Assembly (NCBI GenBank): GCA_977020255.1
Contig: CDROCS010000052.1
Span: 434,001 to 498,000 of the forward strand
From: Obrimoposthia wandeli
Taxonomy: Eukaryota
Direction of reading: 5' to 3'
Length of the DNA stretch: 64,000 nt
The translations under genes were made by a program, and so were the position numbers. Each line of letters starts with the position of its first letter. The first letter of the stretch is position 1. The notes beneath the pieces are model-generated. The model worked only from the letters and a program-made list of their open reading frames with translations. It was not told where the DNA came from and did no database searches. This document shows, piece by piece, positions 47,979-62,201 of this stretch.

Positions 47979-50900
47979 TCTTGATTAATGAAAAATAATG
48001 AAAAGAGGTTTCCTTATATACAAAAACAACAGACTAACCCTCTTTTATCGTCCAATGAAAGCGGGTTATTCAAATAATTTCTTTGAAAAATCCATAGGCT
48101 TTTATCAATTTTTTAACTACGATTCAATGCGAGTATGTCATTGGATAAAAAATTATTTTATTTGAAAATAGTAATATTTTCTTAAGTTTTTGTTGCTTAA
48201 GTTCAACTTCTAATGAGAACTTATTATTCAAATAATTTATAGACTCTGTATATGTGTTGCTCGTTAAACCACCGAGGGCCCGGAGAGCACGCTTTGGCCC
48301 ACTAAACGGCCTCCCAGGACCTTCCTCACTTTTTTGGGAGCATTATGAGATTTTCAATTTTAAAGGGTGTTATATGGGGATAATTAGTTTTTTGAGTGTT
48401 GGGTGGGGGAGGGGGGTAGAAACTTTCACTCCACATACATGCATAAAATTTCACTCCACACGGGTGTGGATTAGACTGGACACATCCACCTACTTATGTG
48501 TATTAAAATGTCATTTGAGGAAGGAGACTACACTGATCATATTATTCATAAGTGAAAAACAACATAACTTTAAATGTTATGGCATTTTTTGTACATTTAA
48601 GTTTTTGCGATGTACCGAGTTGGATGACTAAGAAAGTAACTTGACAGTGGCGGAGGCTGTATTTTTATTTCCCACATCAAATCACAACCACAGTTTTCGT
48701 TCAATGGATTGTATATATAAAATAGTACAGATATTATTTAAGAAAAAACATCCTGTGAATGAACAAAATCTGAAGAAATGTTTTATTGCCAGAGCAATCT
48801 CCCGCCCAAAAGCTGAACCAAAGAACTTTAATTACATTTCTATATTTTCCACTTTATCTAGTCATCAAGATGTAAAAAAATCATTTTGAATTCAATATTG
48901 TAGTAAACCAGTGGTGCTTAATTTTCCATATTTGAATGGAGAAACTTCTGATATATCTTATTGTATTCTGTGCTGGTAATGCAAATACAATTTTTGGCGG
49001 ACTTGTCAAAAAGAGCAGCAATATTGTTTATTATAAAAATTAAATATACTTAGAAAAAGAAAATTTTCTGATGTTGGTTGTGCAGCACCTATCGTAAGCA
49101 ATGCAATTCCTTTTTCTATCACTATTGAAATCACAATACAAAAAATCTATAGACATTTTTACATATACAGTAAAAGTTAAAATATTGATAAAATTTTGTG
49201 TAGATGCAGATATACGTTATAAAATAATTTTGGGAAATACAAATGTCGTTCCCTACACTCGTAAGATATTTAATTTTATTTAAACCTCTAAAATCGTACT
49301 TTTTGTTAATTGATAAGTGTCAAAAAAACAATTGAGTTTTTTTGACAAAGAATGTTCAGAAATTTGGTTAAAATTCATGCATATTAAAGCTTCAATATTC
49401 CATAGTAGGCGAAACAATTGTAGGCGAAAATAAAGACAATTATACAAATCGAAGAAGCCCTCAATCCATTAAAAATGAATATAAAAAAAGATTAGTGCAA
49501 AAATATTTTCCACAATTTATAAATTTAGATATTTAAAAAATTGTTAAATGAGGACAAATTTACGAATTATGGAGTCAAATACATTTTATTAGAATTGCTA
49601 TAAATATTTTAAACAATGATCAACACATTTTGAGGACATTTTACCTTTTAGTTGGGTAAATTTAAAATCGATTGTTTTTTATGGGATAAAATTGAGAAAA
49701 GTGAAAAAATTGAAATAAATCTTTGCAAATTTTTAAAACATTCATTAATAGAAAAATGATTTATTTTATGAATTTACATATTTTAAAATTTTGTAAGTTA
49801 AAATAAAATGTCCTAATCGAAGCAAAATGAGATGAGATACAATCTACACTGAGTAGAGATTTTTAAACATTTTCAAATTAAAGATATCCCTTCTGAAAAC
49901 GTAAAAATGCAGAGTTTGTTATGTAAGCCTGGAAAATATGCTACATGCAAAATTATTTTCTCACTAGTTAATAATTTGGAGACAAATGAAATACGCAATT
50001 ACATGTTGATACAATAAAAGAATAGGTTATGGTGTATGGAAATTTCCAGTTTTGTGACAATTTTTATGCATATATATGCAATTAAGGAAGAAACTCAAAA
50101 AAATTACATGGACATAAAAAATACTGCTAAAAAGAAGCCGGATTCACATGTTTTTGATTAAAAAATGTTTTGTTCATGTATAATATTATGTTTCTAGGTA
50201 TTGATGTTGGAATTCACTATTTTCTTTTGTTTGTTTAAGTTTTCTATTTCATTTTAATTCAGTTCAATAAGTACGTGTAACGACACATTGATTAATTTGA
50301 AGTTATTATGAAACTTATATTCAGTAGCAAACAATGTAATCAAATTAAACAAAACTGATTATCAGAGTTACGAAAAAATTAAATTTTAAAAATAAAGCTA
50401 CTTTTATTAAAACAAGGCAGGTATGCAAAGACCATATAGACTGGACTTTACAGAATTGGAAGAATGCTGCTTTTAGTGATTAAGTTTTACTTGAAAAGGT
50501 AACGAAACGATGTATTTGGGTCACAAAATATATGAACATTTCTTGTTCCCGTTAGGTTTTCATTTTAGACATGTCATCTAAAATATAGGATACACGGCCA
50601 GATGAACAACTGATTAATCACAATATAAAATAAGACTAATGTTACTTGATGTTATTATATAATTTGAAAACTTTAATTTTGATCCATCATCTAAATGCCA
50701 AAACGATGTTTAACAATTACCTTTTAATAATTAGCTCACGTTTGTATGTAGTATTTAAGCATAAAACTCAACCTTATTAAAGCAAAAGATTAAAGTTTAG
50801 CATATAAGTATTTTTTATTGAAATATCATAAGTTGTAAACAAGTTAACAAATAACCTAGTATAAAAAGACGGGTTTACGTAAAATATTTTCCTGGACCCC

Positions 50901-51514
50901 TAAATAAATGCTGTGCTCCTCTAATTTCTTATTTTCCTTTGCGTGTACCCCTAAATATGACATCAATTTACGTAACCTGGTTGAAAACCCTTTACAACAT
51001 TTCAAATGCGTCGATATTACTTTTAATCTAAACATTTGTGTCACAAGTCGATTTTCGATTTGAAGAGGTGAAATTGTGAATGAAATCATAAAAAAGCCAA
51101 TATAATTATTGGAAAATAAATATTTCCTGAATGAAAGAGTTTTTTAATCAGTTCATATTCTAAAACTTTAGAAAAAAATTTGTAAAAAATACTAAAGATT
51201 TACGCTAACATTGTTCGAATACAACTTTTAAAAAAAGTATTGTAAGAATATATCAAAAGATTATTTTATATAAGGACTGTGCAAATACCAGTTTTAAAAA
51301 TATTCGCTTATTTAAAATTTTTTTATTAATAATGTTATAAATGATAATACTCTAAAATGTTTAAATTTTAAATAATTTTTTGGTATTTGTTTATATATAT
51401 TATTTGTTAAAATAAAAACTAACACTTATTTTGAAATAGTCAAATAGAATTCAAAACAATTGTGTCTTTCATTCTATATTTTAGTTGGCACTATTCTATC
51501 ATATTACAAATATT

Positions 51515-54500
51515 ATGAGTGATAAGAATATTAATCCAGAGAAGGGTGATGAGAAAAAGAATAATCAATCTAAATGCATCCAGGTTAGAAATATTTTAGT
51601 AGTATTTAGTTGTATCATTTCTCAGATTCCGGATGATTTCGAAGGATATGACATCTCACAGTTTTGTGTTGTACAACATTACAGCGATGTGTTGGAGAAT
51701 ATCCTTATACCAAATGGAATTATCAAGGATCGAATCGAGAAGCTTGCTCTTGATATCTCCACTGATTCAGAGTTTTGTGGCAATGGAGGTATCTCGGCGC
51801 TCTGTGTGTTAAAGGGCGGATTTAAGTTTTTTGCGGATTTGACAGAGGCTATTGAAAATAACAATAGAAACAAGATGCATTCAGTACCTCTGTCAATTGA
51901 ATTTATCAAAGTAAAAAGCTACGAGGTGAGAAAACATGCGACATTCTTGTTCTGGGTTGGCATAGGTATAATCACAACTTTATGTTTCAAAACATGTTTA
52001 AGTTATGTCTCAGTTGTTGTTTCAGAAACAGTTTAATCGATGTTCTAAAATCAAATTTAGCTTTTTTTATAAATGTTGAAGTCAGATTTCGAAATCATTC
52101 GATGTATATTACATTTACTCAGTTTGCAATTGTTTCTTTAAATCACACAGTTCCTGGGTTTCATCTACCCCTAAAGTCGAATTAAACAACATTGACATAA
52201 TTGAAATAGCGCCAATATGCTGTAAATCTGCGGTCTATTACTCAAACGCGCTTCCTGTTAGATCGTTCTAAACAATCGGAGCATAACTTTCGAATAGTCC
52301 ATCGCTCTGTCTTTGGTTTGCGAATTTCTTGATCAATATGCAGCCATAACCGTTGCTCCTCAGATGCTCGCTGCACCGGGCTCGAGAAAATCACATAAAT
52401 ATTTGCGCTTATTTAAGAGAAAACATTTTCTGATAATAACTAGGACCTTGAATTCTATTTCGGCACTGATCGATAGCCAATGGAGCTTCATTGAGTGTTC
52501 ACTTGTCCATGCAGGTTTCTTTATATTTTCCCAGTCGATTTAATTAATAAGCCGGTGTTTTAAACAGCAAGGAATCGAAAATCAAGTCTTGGTGTAATAA
52601 TTACATGTGTTTGATTGTAGTCATTGAAGTAGCGAGGTACAGTAATTATTCACCTGTAAGGGTATTCATTAAAACATGTTTTTGAGAGAGACCGACACCG
52701 AATCACTTATAGATGCATTATTTAAAAGCTTGGAAAGGTACTATTATAGGTGAAGCGTGAAATTTTCGGTGACCGGACACCCTTATAGGTGGGACCCCTT
52801 ATAGGTGAATAATTACTGTATATGCTGATCAGATAAGTCTTTTTGATAAAAATTAGGTTTTCGTAAACACAAGATTTAAGTTAAGGTGAACTGCTGTTTT
52901 TGGTGCAATTAGAGATAAACTTTCATTTTATTTCATGCATACAGTTTAATTTGTTAGAGTTGAGTAATATTTCCTTTTAATAAACGTTTTCTATGCGCAG
53001 ATGTAAAGCAATTTACCATCATTAAATAATCATATTCTCAATTGATGCTTATCACAGAATGACGAGTCGAGTGGGAAAGTGAAGATCTCGGGGATGGACA
53101 ATCTCGGGGTTCTGGCTGGACGGGTAAGTAACTATCTGATGTTTTAGAAGTAAATAGTACAGAATTCTCAGAGTTTAAGGTGCTTTTTATGCAGAGTGTT
53201 CTTGTAGTGGAGGATATCATCGATACTGGACGCACCATGAAGCGCCTCTTGGACCATCTGAAGCAGTTTGATCCAGCATGTATAAAAGTTGCTAGTCTCC
53301 TGCTCAAGAGAACTCCGTGCAGCTCTGGCTTCGTTCCCGACTGTGAGCTTCACTTTACAATATCGTTTTGGTAGTTTCTTCAACGACGTCTCGTCAATAA
53401 AACTGTCAATTTTTAAACTATTTCTTATTTTTTTACATCGGTTATTTCTGTTTCGTTTGAAGATATTATATCCCCGTCTTGCAGATGTGGGATTCGAGGT
53501 CCCCAACAAGTTTCTCGTTGGCTATGCACTCGACTACAATGACTATTTCCGGGATCTTGGGGTTAGTATGGGTCGTACACGGATTCGCACTGTTTAGTCA
53601 GGGAAACTTTCCTTTATATAATTCGTTAAAATATGAACTCAACTTCGTCTAATCTTCTCGACCCAATTCTAACTCTTTTTTCAATTCTGGCCAAACTCAT
53701 TCCGATATTTTAGGGTGCATTTCTTCGTATTCATCGGATTTTCCTTGACGTCATTCTCGAACAACAAAACCATATCCCCAAGTCGCAGTTGTGTTACCAT
53801 TAATTTCGATTAATTGCATTATTTACTTTGTAAAATTTTCTATTTTTAGTCATGTAAAACTTATTTTAAAAATGCGCGTTTTTCTATCAGTTGGATTTTC
53901 ATAACAAAATAATTTGGGGGGTTTAAAAATGAGAAATATCATGATTTTTAATAGAATTTCTTTATCGAGATTTTGGTTAGAACACTTCGTAAATATCTTT
54001 TTGTTGCAAAAATTAGATCGCTTCAGGATAACAGACGGAAATTATTGATTGTAGATTTAATTTTTTAAATAACTGTCCTCTGTTTTTAAATTTGTAACTC
54101 ATTATATTGTGAAGTTCTCCAAAATGTACCTGAAACCAAAAAACGAAGATAATTTTCAATATCCACATTAAAATATAAGCTATCAAAAGGGAATCGTGAA
54201 AGGTACAAATCATTATTAGTTAACATTATTCATATTTGTGCTCTTCGCCGTTCCTTGCTTTTAAAAATACCCCAAGAATAAAGGCCTCAAGAGGTTTTCT
54301 TAGCATGAAATACTATATGGATATATACTTAATAATGGTACGACAGGTCGGTGATCTGTATCTTGATTTCGCATCATTAATGAACTACTTAAACAACTGA
54401 TATTCAATTAATTTTATCGAGAGCCGGTTTCGACTTTCTGTAGAACATGGTGGGCCAACTAGTTTTCACCTACATATTCTGAATTGTGTATATACTGTAT

Positions 54501-57500
54501 TTTGTTGGACGAGACACAGAAACATATATGTAAGCAGTGGAAACCCCGATTATTGCGGTTTATAATAATTATATAACTGTGTTTTTTGTTTCAAGTATAT
54601 TTACTCTAAATTTTAACCCTTTAAGACAAGTTTTTAAAAATTGATTATGAATTTAAATAAAAAATACTACAACTGCAGTTGAAAGCAATAAAAAAAGTGA
54701 CGCAGGGTTGTCGACAGGGTATCGACAATGAAGAAAATGCACTTGACAAAGAATTTACACTAAAAGAGTTTGATGAAATGTTTCGTAATTTTGAATCCTC
54801 CAAGCAGAAAATAAGGTATAAAGATCCCAATGTTGAGCGTGCAATGAAGGTACGTCGAGAAATATACCGTGAATTTAGCTGTTAGAGAGTTATGTATGAC
54901 GGAATAAAGAAGAGCAAACAATATTTTAAGAAAAATTACACGATTTTTAAAAATATTGAACACAGGCTGCTGCAATTAAAAAACGTTTTTTGTTTTAAAA
55001 TGCTTCGTTTTTATTTATTTCCTTATTAATTCAAATTACTTTTTCATATTTTAGCACAAATGCTCCATAGCCCGTACGTTATAGTTCCTGGCTATTGCAA
55101 TCAGTTTAGGGGCAGCAATAACCGGGATATTATTGTTTTAAATAACCATATATTAATGAGAAAAATTACATTTATTGCTAATGTTTGATTGGTCTTCTAA
55201 ATTTGGTTCAGACAACGTAAGCAAGATTTTTTACAAACAATTTCCAAGGTGTTTGTTAATAAGACAACTTCTCTCTTTTGTTTTTTTCTGATTCATATTA
55301 GAAAATCTACATAGGTTGATCCAAACATTGTGAAGAAGTAAGATTTGGGTTATTGTTCTTATCGAGTTAAAAATCTGCTCTTAGCATCTCTAAACTCTGC
55401 AGATCAATGAATTCGGATTGTACTTGTCTGTCCTCAATCTGTACTAACTGGACCCTATTTAAGTGCTGTACGAGATTAGAATTTATCCTGTCATTTTACT
55501 TTACTATGTCTTGCTTTGTATTTGTGTCACAAAGTTGTGACGTTGCTTCGTACGTCCTATCACAAGGAAGAACAAAAGATTGCTGAAATTTAAAATAATA
55601 TGACGAGCTAAAATGACACATGTTGCAGTTACTTATTTTCAAGCAGTGATCAGGGGATAAAAATGTTTTTGCGTTTTCAAAATAATGTAGAATTGAGCAA
55701 ATTGCCCAAATATGTTTTTTTTGCGATTTAAAAAATTTATTGCACCCTTTTATCAGCTTAATTTGGTATTTTTTGCAGTACCTTTCAACCACTTGTTAAT
55801 CAAGACTGACTGTATGCAATAACTAACAATTAAAAATAACCATTAATCGTCTTAATATATTTTGTATATTCGCATCCGATATACTGTTAACCAGTCGATG
55901 GTGTCCACAATCGGAAGTTAATCATATTTTTCGAATTTGTATATATATGAATTAGTTAGTCTTGATATTTTAAACATATTGTGAAACGTTTACGTAGTAA
56001 CTTATAGTTTTTTTATTTTAACTTTTGAACATAACTATTTCTAGCAATTGTATTAAGGCTTGAAATAAATGAAAAAATATCATAAATATAAATAAAGATT
56101 TATGACTTGGTGTTTTTGGGTGAATTTACTGATAAATTGACTTTATTGAATCCAGAATTACAGTGGAACATAGCACTATCAGTGCAATGAACACTCTTGG
56201 AGCTTATAAGAATCAAATGCCATTATTAATATTTGATCTTCAACAACAAACTTTCTATTGATTCTCAAATGTGAAAGATCATTCACGAAAGCCTGTCTTC
56301 ACATACAAATATGTATTTGATATTAAAGGTATTATTAAAAAATTTATATTCAATTTTATGATTCTAAGAAAATTGAAAAAATATTGGAGTATTTATCGTT
56401 TCTGTTTAATGCCGGTAAGGTTCCAGAAAATGGAAATTTTGTCACTGAACTGAACATTTCAACATTAAAAGCAGAAGATTTCTGGAAGTATGAATCGCAG
56501 GGAAAATTTTAAGAACGTCAAAACCTGCTTTGAAAACATGTTTCGGTTCAACTTACTTGTGTGAAAGTGATTTTTCTTGTAGGGATCATACCAAGCCCAA
56601 AAATCGTTCATCACTAACTGTTTCCCACGTATGCCATACTCTGAAACTGTGTTTGTCGCTGCACACAACAAACTGAAAAATTAGGGTAAGAAACAGAAAC
56701 TCAGGTATCACATTTAGTACTATTTTTAAACTTTATTAAAAATTTAATATACGTTAATTGTAATTTATTGTGTTGGTCAATATCCATTTGTTTTAAATTT
56801 TCTAATATGACATGTAGCATACTAAAAATCGAATGTCATTCAACTTCCTTTTAGGAAAGGATTTCTGGATATTTCTATAAATAAGAACATTTCGTGACGC
56901 CATAAGATGAGACAAAATTGGAACCGGACGAAAATAAAATCTAATTATTTATTTTTATGTAATATTTACTACTTTTATTTATATGTAATACATTAATGTA
57001 TACTATAAGTTTACTATAAGTTTACCTTTTCAATATTTGACATTAAATACAACATCTGTGACACGAAAAGAAACATAATGTTAACTGAATAAATACTGCT
57101 TATTTAAATCAAAGATTGTTGACTATTATTAATACAATTTGTATGTTTAATTAACTTTATATAAATGCATTTGATAAGGGTAGTGTTAAATCATTATCAT
57201 TTTAAAATACAACACTGGTATTAATGGAAATTAGAAATTACATTAAAAGTATTTTGGGTTAAAATGATTGGAAGGATCTGGTAGACTTAAAGTAACCAGT
57301 AAAAGAACTGATAGGCCACTAATTCGTTCTGTTGTAAGAAATAGAATTAATACTACTATTGAACTTCAAAAATTAACTGTATATTTCAGGGGTTCCCAAA
57401 GTGGGTTCCGTTAACAAAATCGGCGAGCCGAAATTTAATAAAAAATAAATTTACGAAGATTTTCATTAACGTTACTTCCCTCTACCTACCAGGACATAGG

Positions 57501-60500
57501 ACCACTAAAACTACTTAATAAATATTTCATTAGTTTAACTTTAAATGTTTTATTCTTTTTTCAATATAATAAATTTTATTTTCATTCTTCACTTTATGGT
57601 TTTAAGTATTTTTAAATAGGTAGTTGTTATAATATTTTTTAAATAATACCAAAGGGTTCTGTGGCCAAAAAGGTTTGGGAACCGCTGGTATATATCGACC
57701 AGCATATTAGACGACGTATAAAATATGCTGATATAAGCATCTGTTCAATTATGGTGTAAACATGGAAGGATCATGATTTAGTTTCAATCAGGATAGAAGG
57801 AAAGTGAAGAGACTACTTTTGTCTGTATCAAGGAGGTGAAAAATTGATTATATTAGGAGAAATTTGGTTTATGGGTCAGTATGGTTTATTTATTATCAAA
57901 AGTATTATGATTATATTTATCGTCGATTTAATTCAGAGATGCATATACAAATTCTTGGGAATTATGAAGCTGCAATATCATTTATAAAAGGGAAGTTCTT
58001 CAGATGGGCAAATCCACATAAATCAGACTGACTAATAAATTGTCCGAAGTCCCATCCTCCACTTATAACGGTTTTGTGACATTACTTCTATGTGGATAGA
58101 GAATGTTTGGTCTAAATTAAAAGAACGGATAAGACTGACGATACGAATGCTCAATAATTTTCTCACCTTAGCAGGGATTATCTAAGAATAATGGAATAAA
58201 ATTTCTCACTCTATTATAGACCAAATAATTAGAAACATGAAATAAATACTTTACATTTACTGGATGACAGTTTGTTGTTCACTCCTATATCTAGTTAGAA
58301 TTAAAGTAAACTGAATTCATTTTTGACTTTTGTTGCAAATTGCTTCTCGTTGTTTTGGTACTGTGACAATAGAGAGTGGACAAAGCAACATTTGATTGTG
58401 TATGTTTAAACTGCAGCTCAGAAATTGACTGTAATAAATGATGCGTCGAAAAAGGAACATTGAAATGAAAAACCGCGTAATTAAAAATTCACAGACTTTT
58501 GCTGCTTGTTTAATACATTTTTCGAACGTAAATCGTTCCAGGGATTTAATCCAGTTTTGCTATAAATCTCAGATAAAACCTTTGATATAATATTGAAATA
58601 TTGCATATCTTCTCCAATTTTGGGTTTAAAACACGTTTCAATGCGTCTTTTTTCGTAGACAATATATAGTTGTAGAGTATCGAGTTCCGGTAATGGCGTT
58701 CGAGGGCGATTGTTGAGTAGTAAACAGGGAATAGAAAACAGTCAACTGGTAAACGATTTTATTCCGATAACAAAAATCAATTGAAATTATTATTAGAATC
58801 ATTCACTATAATCATACAAAACAGATATACGAATTCCGCATAAACACACACATATAGATAAACATTAAAACTCACATAAAAACACAAAGGTGATGAAAAA
58901 AGGTGAGAGAAGAGATAGGGTCACAACTATAGTCATTATTTTTGAACAAATTTAAATAATATTATCAAATATTTTATAGTAAATTAAAATGATGTGCGAA
59001 ACTCGTATACTAAATGAATTTTTAAATTGGAGAGGTTTAATGGTGGCAATTAATTTCTGCATCTTTTAAAGACTAACCCCAACCATTTCATTGATAAAGG
59101 TGACACTCTACTGTATATTTTTGTCTGAACTTTTTAAATTGTTACAGTTTGAAAATCATATACTTTTCAGCTTTGAAATGAGTCTGGTAACAGTAAACGA
59201 AGCCCGCAGAATTTTTCAAAAATTGACAAATATTATCAGGATGCCAAAAATAACATTAATTGTAAGAAATGCAAAAAATAGTTTTAATGGTAATTTTAAT
59301 AAATAACATTTTGTAATTTTTCATGTGAAATGTTTATCAAAACTATTTGTATTTTCAAAAATGTGAAAACTGTGAATATGTTAAAATTAAGGACACCTTT
59401 ATAATATTTTGTTAATTTTTATTAGATCCTCTATTTACTAGAACATGATAATCGGTCATAAATATTCTCGTATCGCCGTTCGATTTTCGAGGGATCCGAA
59501 CAAAATTAACTAACAATATAAAATTCCGACACGGTTATGGCACAGAATTGCGCGTGTCTTCAAAGAACTGATAACAAACCCAAACTTTAAACTTGTCGGT
59601 ATCGTTTTACCAGTGTTTTGAAGTATAACGGCTCAAAAGTGAGAATTATTTTTCCAATTAGCGACCTAAAAACGTTTGTCAATATTTATTGAATTCTTTG
59701 ACTGCTCTCGGAATATTTGGCATAAATTACGCACCAAAAACCGCAACTGTCGTGTCTTCGTGATATTTCATGTGAACTATCGAGTCTAAAGTTTGTCTAA
59801 TCTCCCATGCATTTCAATGTAACGGAAAATGTCACATTTTTATCAATCAATGGCTCAAAGGTTTTCACCACTGTCATTACATCTTTGCGAATATTTTTGT
59901 ATGAGTGGATCGTAATAATTCAAGTACATCATCGATAGTGCTGTATGACGTCGCAAATAGTCCACTGTGTACTTCTAAGCTATTTTCAGAGGATGAGGTT
60001 ATTTATACCGAGATTATACTGAGTATTTGTTTAACCTTCCAAATAAATTAGTCAGGGAAAATATGTACGGGGAAAGTTAAATGTTGTGTTATATGATATT
60101 AATTAATAAAAATTCTGATGATAGTGATGACGAGTGAAATGCTAATTTAATAAAGAATCAAAAATGGACTATTAATCGATGATGGAATACGCAATCAACT
60201 TTGGATCCACAACTTCAAATAATCTCCAAATGTCTCAATTAACAATCAGTTCCAAGACTCATTTGAACTGGCGTTATAATAAGGTTCCTTCACTATATAC
60301 ATTCTATTTTGGAATCTACTCATAATATTTATACAGATTAACCGTCGTTCTGTACTTAAACCAGTAATCAACTCACTATCGTTAAAGAAAGGTAATTAAA
60401 TGAAATGTTTTTTTATTAAATTGTGCGAATTATGGTTATGAAATATGTAAAATAAATGTATACTTCTTTTACAAAGTCATAATTTGATGTAATTCAAATT

Positions 60501-62201
60501 TAAGGACTATATTTAAATTTTTAAAGTTAAATAAATTAAGCAACCCACACTTTTTACTTTTTCTTCAGAATCTCCGTTTATCTGATTACCCCAATGATTC
60601 AATGAAGCTTTTAAAACATCAGCCACAGAATAAAATGGACGACCTTTGGAATATACACTTCTGATTAGTATATCCCACATTTTCAATTGGGTTAAGATGA
60701 GTGCTTTGTGATAGCCAATATAAAACTTTCACATAATTAACAGAAAACATTTAGTAATATTAGCGATATGGATTAGTGCATAGTTGTCCTGTTGATAATC
60801 AAATTATGACTCACTAATCGTTGGGAACTGGTAGTAAATGATTACGAAGTGTATTTTCAAATTTCAGCTCTTTCTGAGAACCATTTAGATACACATTTGC
60901 ACTTAATCCTTTACTACTCATGACAATCCACACCATTATTAAGCCCCTCCATTAGATATCCTTTTGTAGGTCATGCCACTAATAGAGACAACCCTCTAAC
61001 CCGGGGAACTTCTTTTCATCGATCAATATTATTTCCTCCAATTGTAGTAAATCTTTCATAAACATACCTATTTTACCAGTTCTGGTACGCTCGTCAAGTA
61101 TATGTTTAGTTTGATCCATATAGTGGCCAACACGTTTTTTACGAGAGACACCGTTTATATCTAAATGTCTAGAACAAGAAAGCTTCTTAAAATTTAAATA
61201 AACTTACCGATTTTGAAAAAGTGTCATGACGAGGTCGAGACCTGCTGCGTTCCCATAGTAGTATCCATTCGTATAGAAGTAACAAGGAAAGTTAACATAA
61301 TCAGAATTGTATACATAACATAAATTTCATTGAATAAAATACCAAGTTTCGAATAGTGGAGGTGATTGTGTTTTGGGAGAAATCTCTCCAAGCTTATTGG
61401 AATGTGGCTTTTAATTTACTTACATAGTTATAAGGATTTCCTTTTGTTCAAATTACTTGTTTCTATGGGATTAACATCAGGATACTTTATTCTCAGTCCC
61501 AGACTTTTACACTTTTAAAACGATTGATTAATATGCTTCCATGAGAATTGCATTATCATACATGAATAGCCAAATATTTGCTGGATTTCCTTAAATAAAG
61601 ATATATGATATGCGTAATTTTCTAGATCATATTCATATTTTGTTCTGAAATGTAAATTTCTGAGCGCCCACCTAACCAAGTTAGGCGATGGTACTTTTGC
61701 ACTTTATTGTTGCTAAGCCACAAATAGTTCTTCGGTATTCTTTCCCAAACTTTGATTCTTTCGTATATTTGAGATACATAAATACTGCCCTCATCTGATC
61801 ACACAATTCTGCACCATCGGGCTTCTCTCCACAAACAATGTCACATGGACCATTTTAATCTATGCTCGTTTTGAGCTTAAGAAAGAATACTTTTTGACTT
61901 TGGCAGTTCTTTTCCACAGTAACATTTTCTTGTCAATCGAACGTATGAATTAAATAAATTACAAACCGTTGTGTAGTCTAAGTCTAATTCTAAGACAAAT
62001 TTAATTTCTTTTACAGTTTGTTATATGTTATTTATTCGATTACATTTTATAAAACGATACACAATTTTATAACCACTTCTATACATTCGACAGTTCACAT
62101 ACCCTCATCCGAACCGAGGTCTATGTTATCATTAACCACCTCCCTCCATGTAGCATATCTGTGTCATCAACGATGAGGGCAAGCAGAGATTTCGTCAGTA
62201 G
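51515..62201 (+). CDS. HPRT1: Hypoxanthine-guanine phosphoribosyltransferase, 6 exons, 235 aa
   Basis: Exons 51515-51583, 51626-51925, 53058-53123, 53195-53342, 53485-53561 and 62154-62201 total 708 nt. Motifs [34 protein letters not shown] (PRPP loop), [33 protein letters not shown]. Confidence 0.95.
52640..52818. mobile_element. Tc1/mariner/pogo-type MITE
   Basis: TIR cagtaattattcacct(g/a)taaggg at both ends, flanked by TA on both sides. Confidence 0.85.
54660..54960 (+). mobile_element. Tigger/pogo transposase C-terminal relic
   Basis: [12 protein letters not shown]...[16 protein letters not shown] resembles the Tigger DPN.ERS.KV motif. Confidence 0.55.
57387..57687. mobile_element. hAT (Charlie-like) MITE
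   Basis: TIR caggggttcccaaa / tttgggaaccgctg. 8-bp flanks gtatattt and gtatatat match at 7 of 8 positions. Confidence 0.75.
57760..58250 (+). mobile_element. Tc1-family transposase relic
   Basis: [12 protein letters not shown] motif; otherwise heavily decayed. Confidence 0.45.
60540..61120 (-). mobile_element. Tc1/Tc3-family transposase relic
   Basis: [29 protein letters not shown] resembles WG.L.R.VY..GRQF.tv.eLK..I...W. Confidence 0.55.
61300..61950 (-). mobile_element. Tc1-family transposase relic
   Basis: [30 protein letters not shown] and AWREISQNTI fragments. Confidence 0.55.

Larger units (their letters stand above)
40717..48494 (+). mobile_element. Non-autonomous Polinton/Maverick (adintovirus-like) element, 7.8 kb, both termini present (copy B)
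   Basis: Terminal inverted repeats AGTAGGTGGATGTGTCC(G/A)GTCTAATCCACACCC (5'-AG...CT-3'). Contains ATPase, pX-like, rve integrase and penton remnants. PolB, major capsid and protease are absent; penton abuts the spliced gene at about 46000. No 6-bp TSD (gacatt vs tatgtg). Confidence 0.9.

Noticed and set aside
40711-48500. 6-bp target-site duplication for the 7.8-kb element or other terminus pairs
   Set aside because: Flanks (gacatt/tatgtg, ttctta, tataaa, tgttag, tgggag, tataat) do not pair.
54231-54260. HICALRR as the last HPRT exon
   Set aside because: No AG acceptor precedes it. 62154-62201 (catgtag|[15 protein letters not shown]) fits both the splice site and the HPRT C-terminus.
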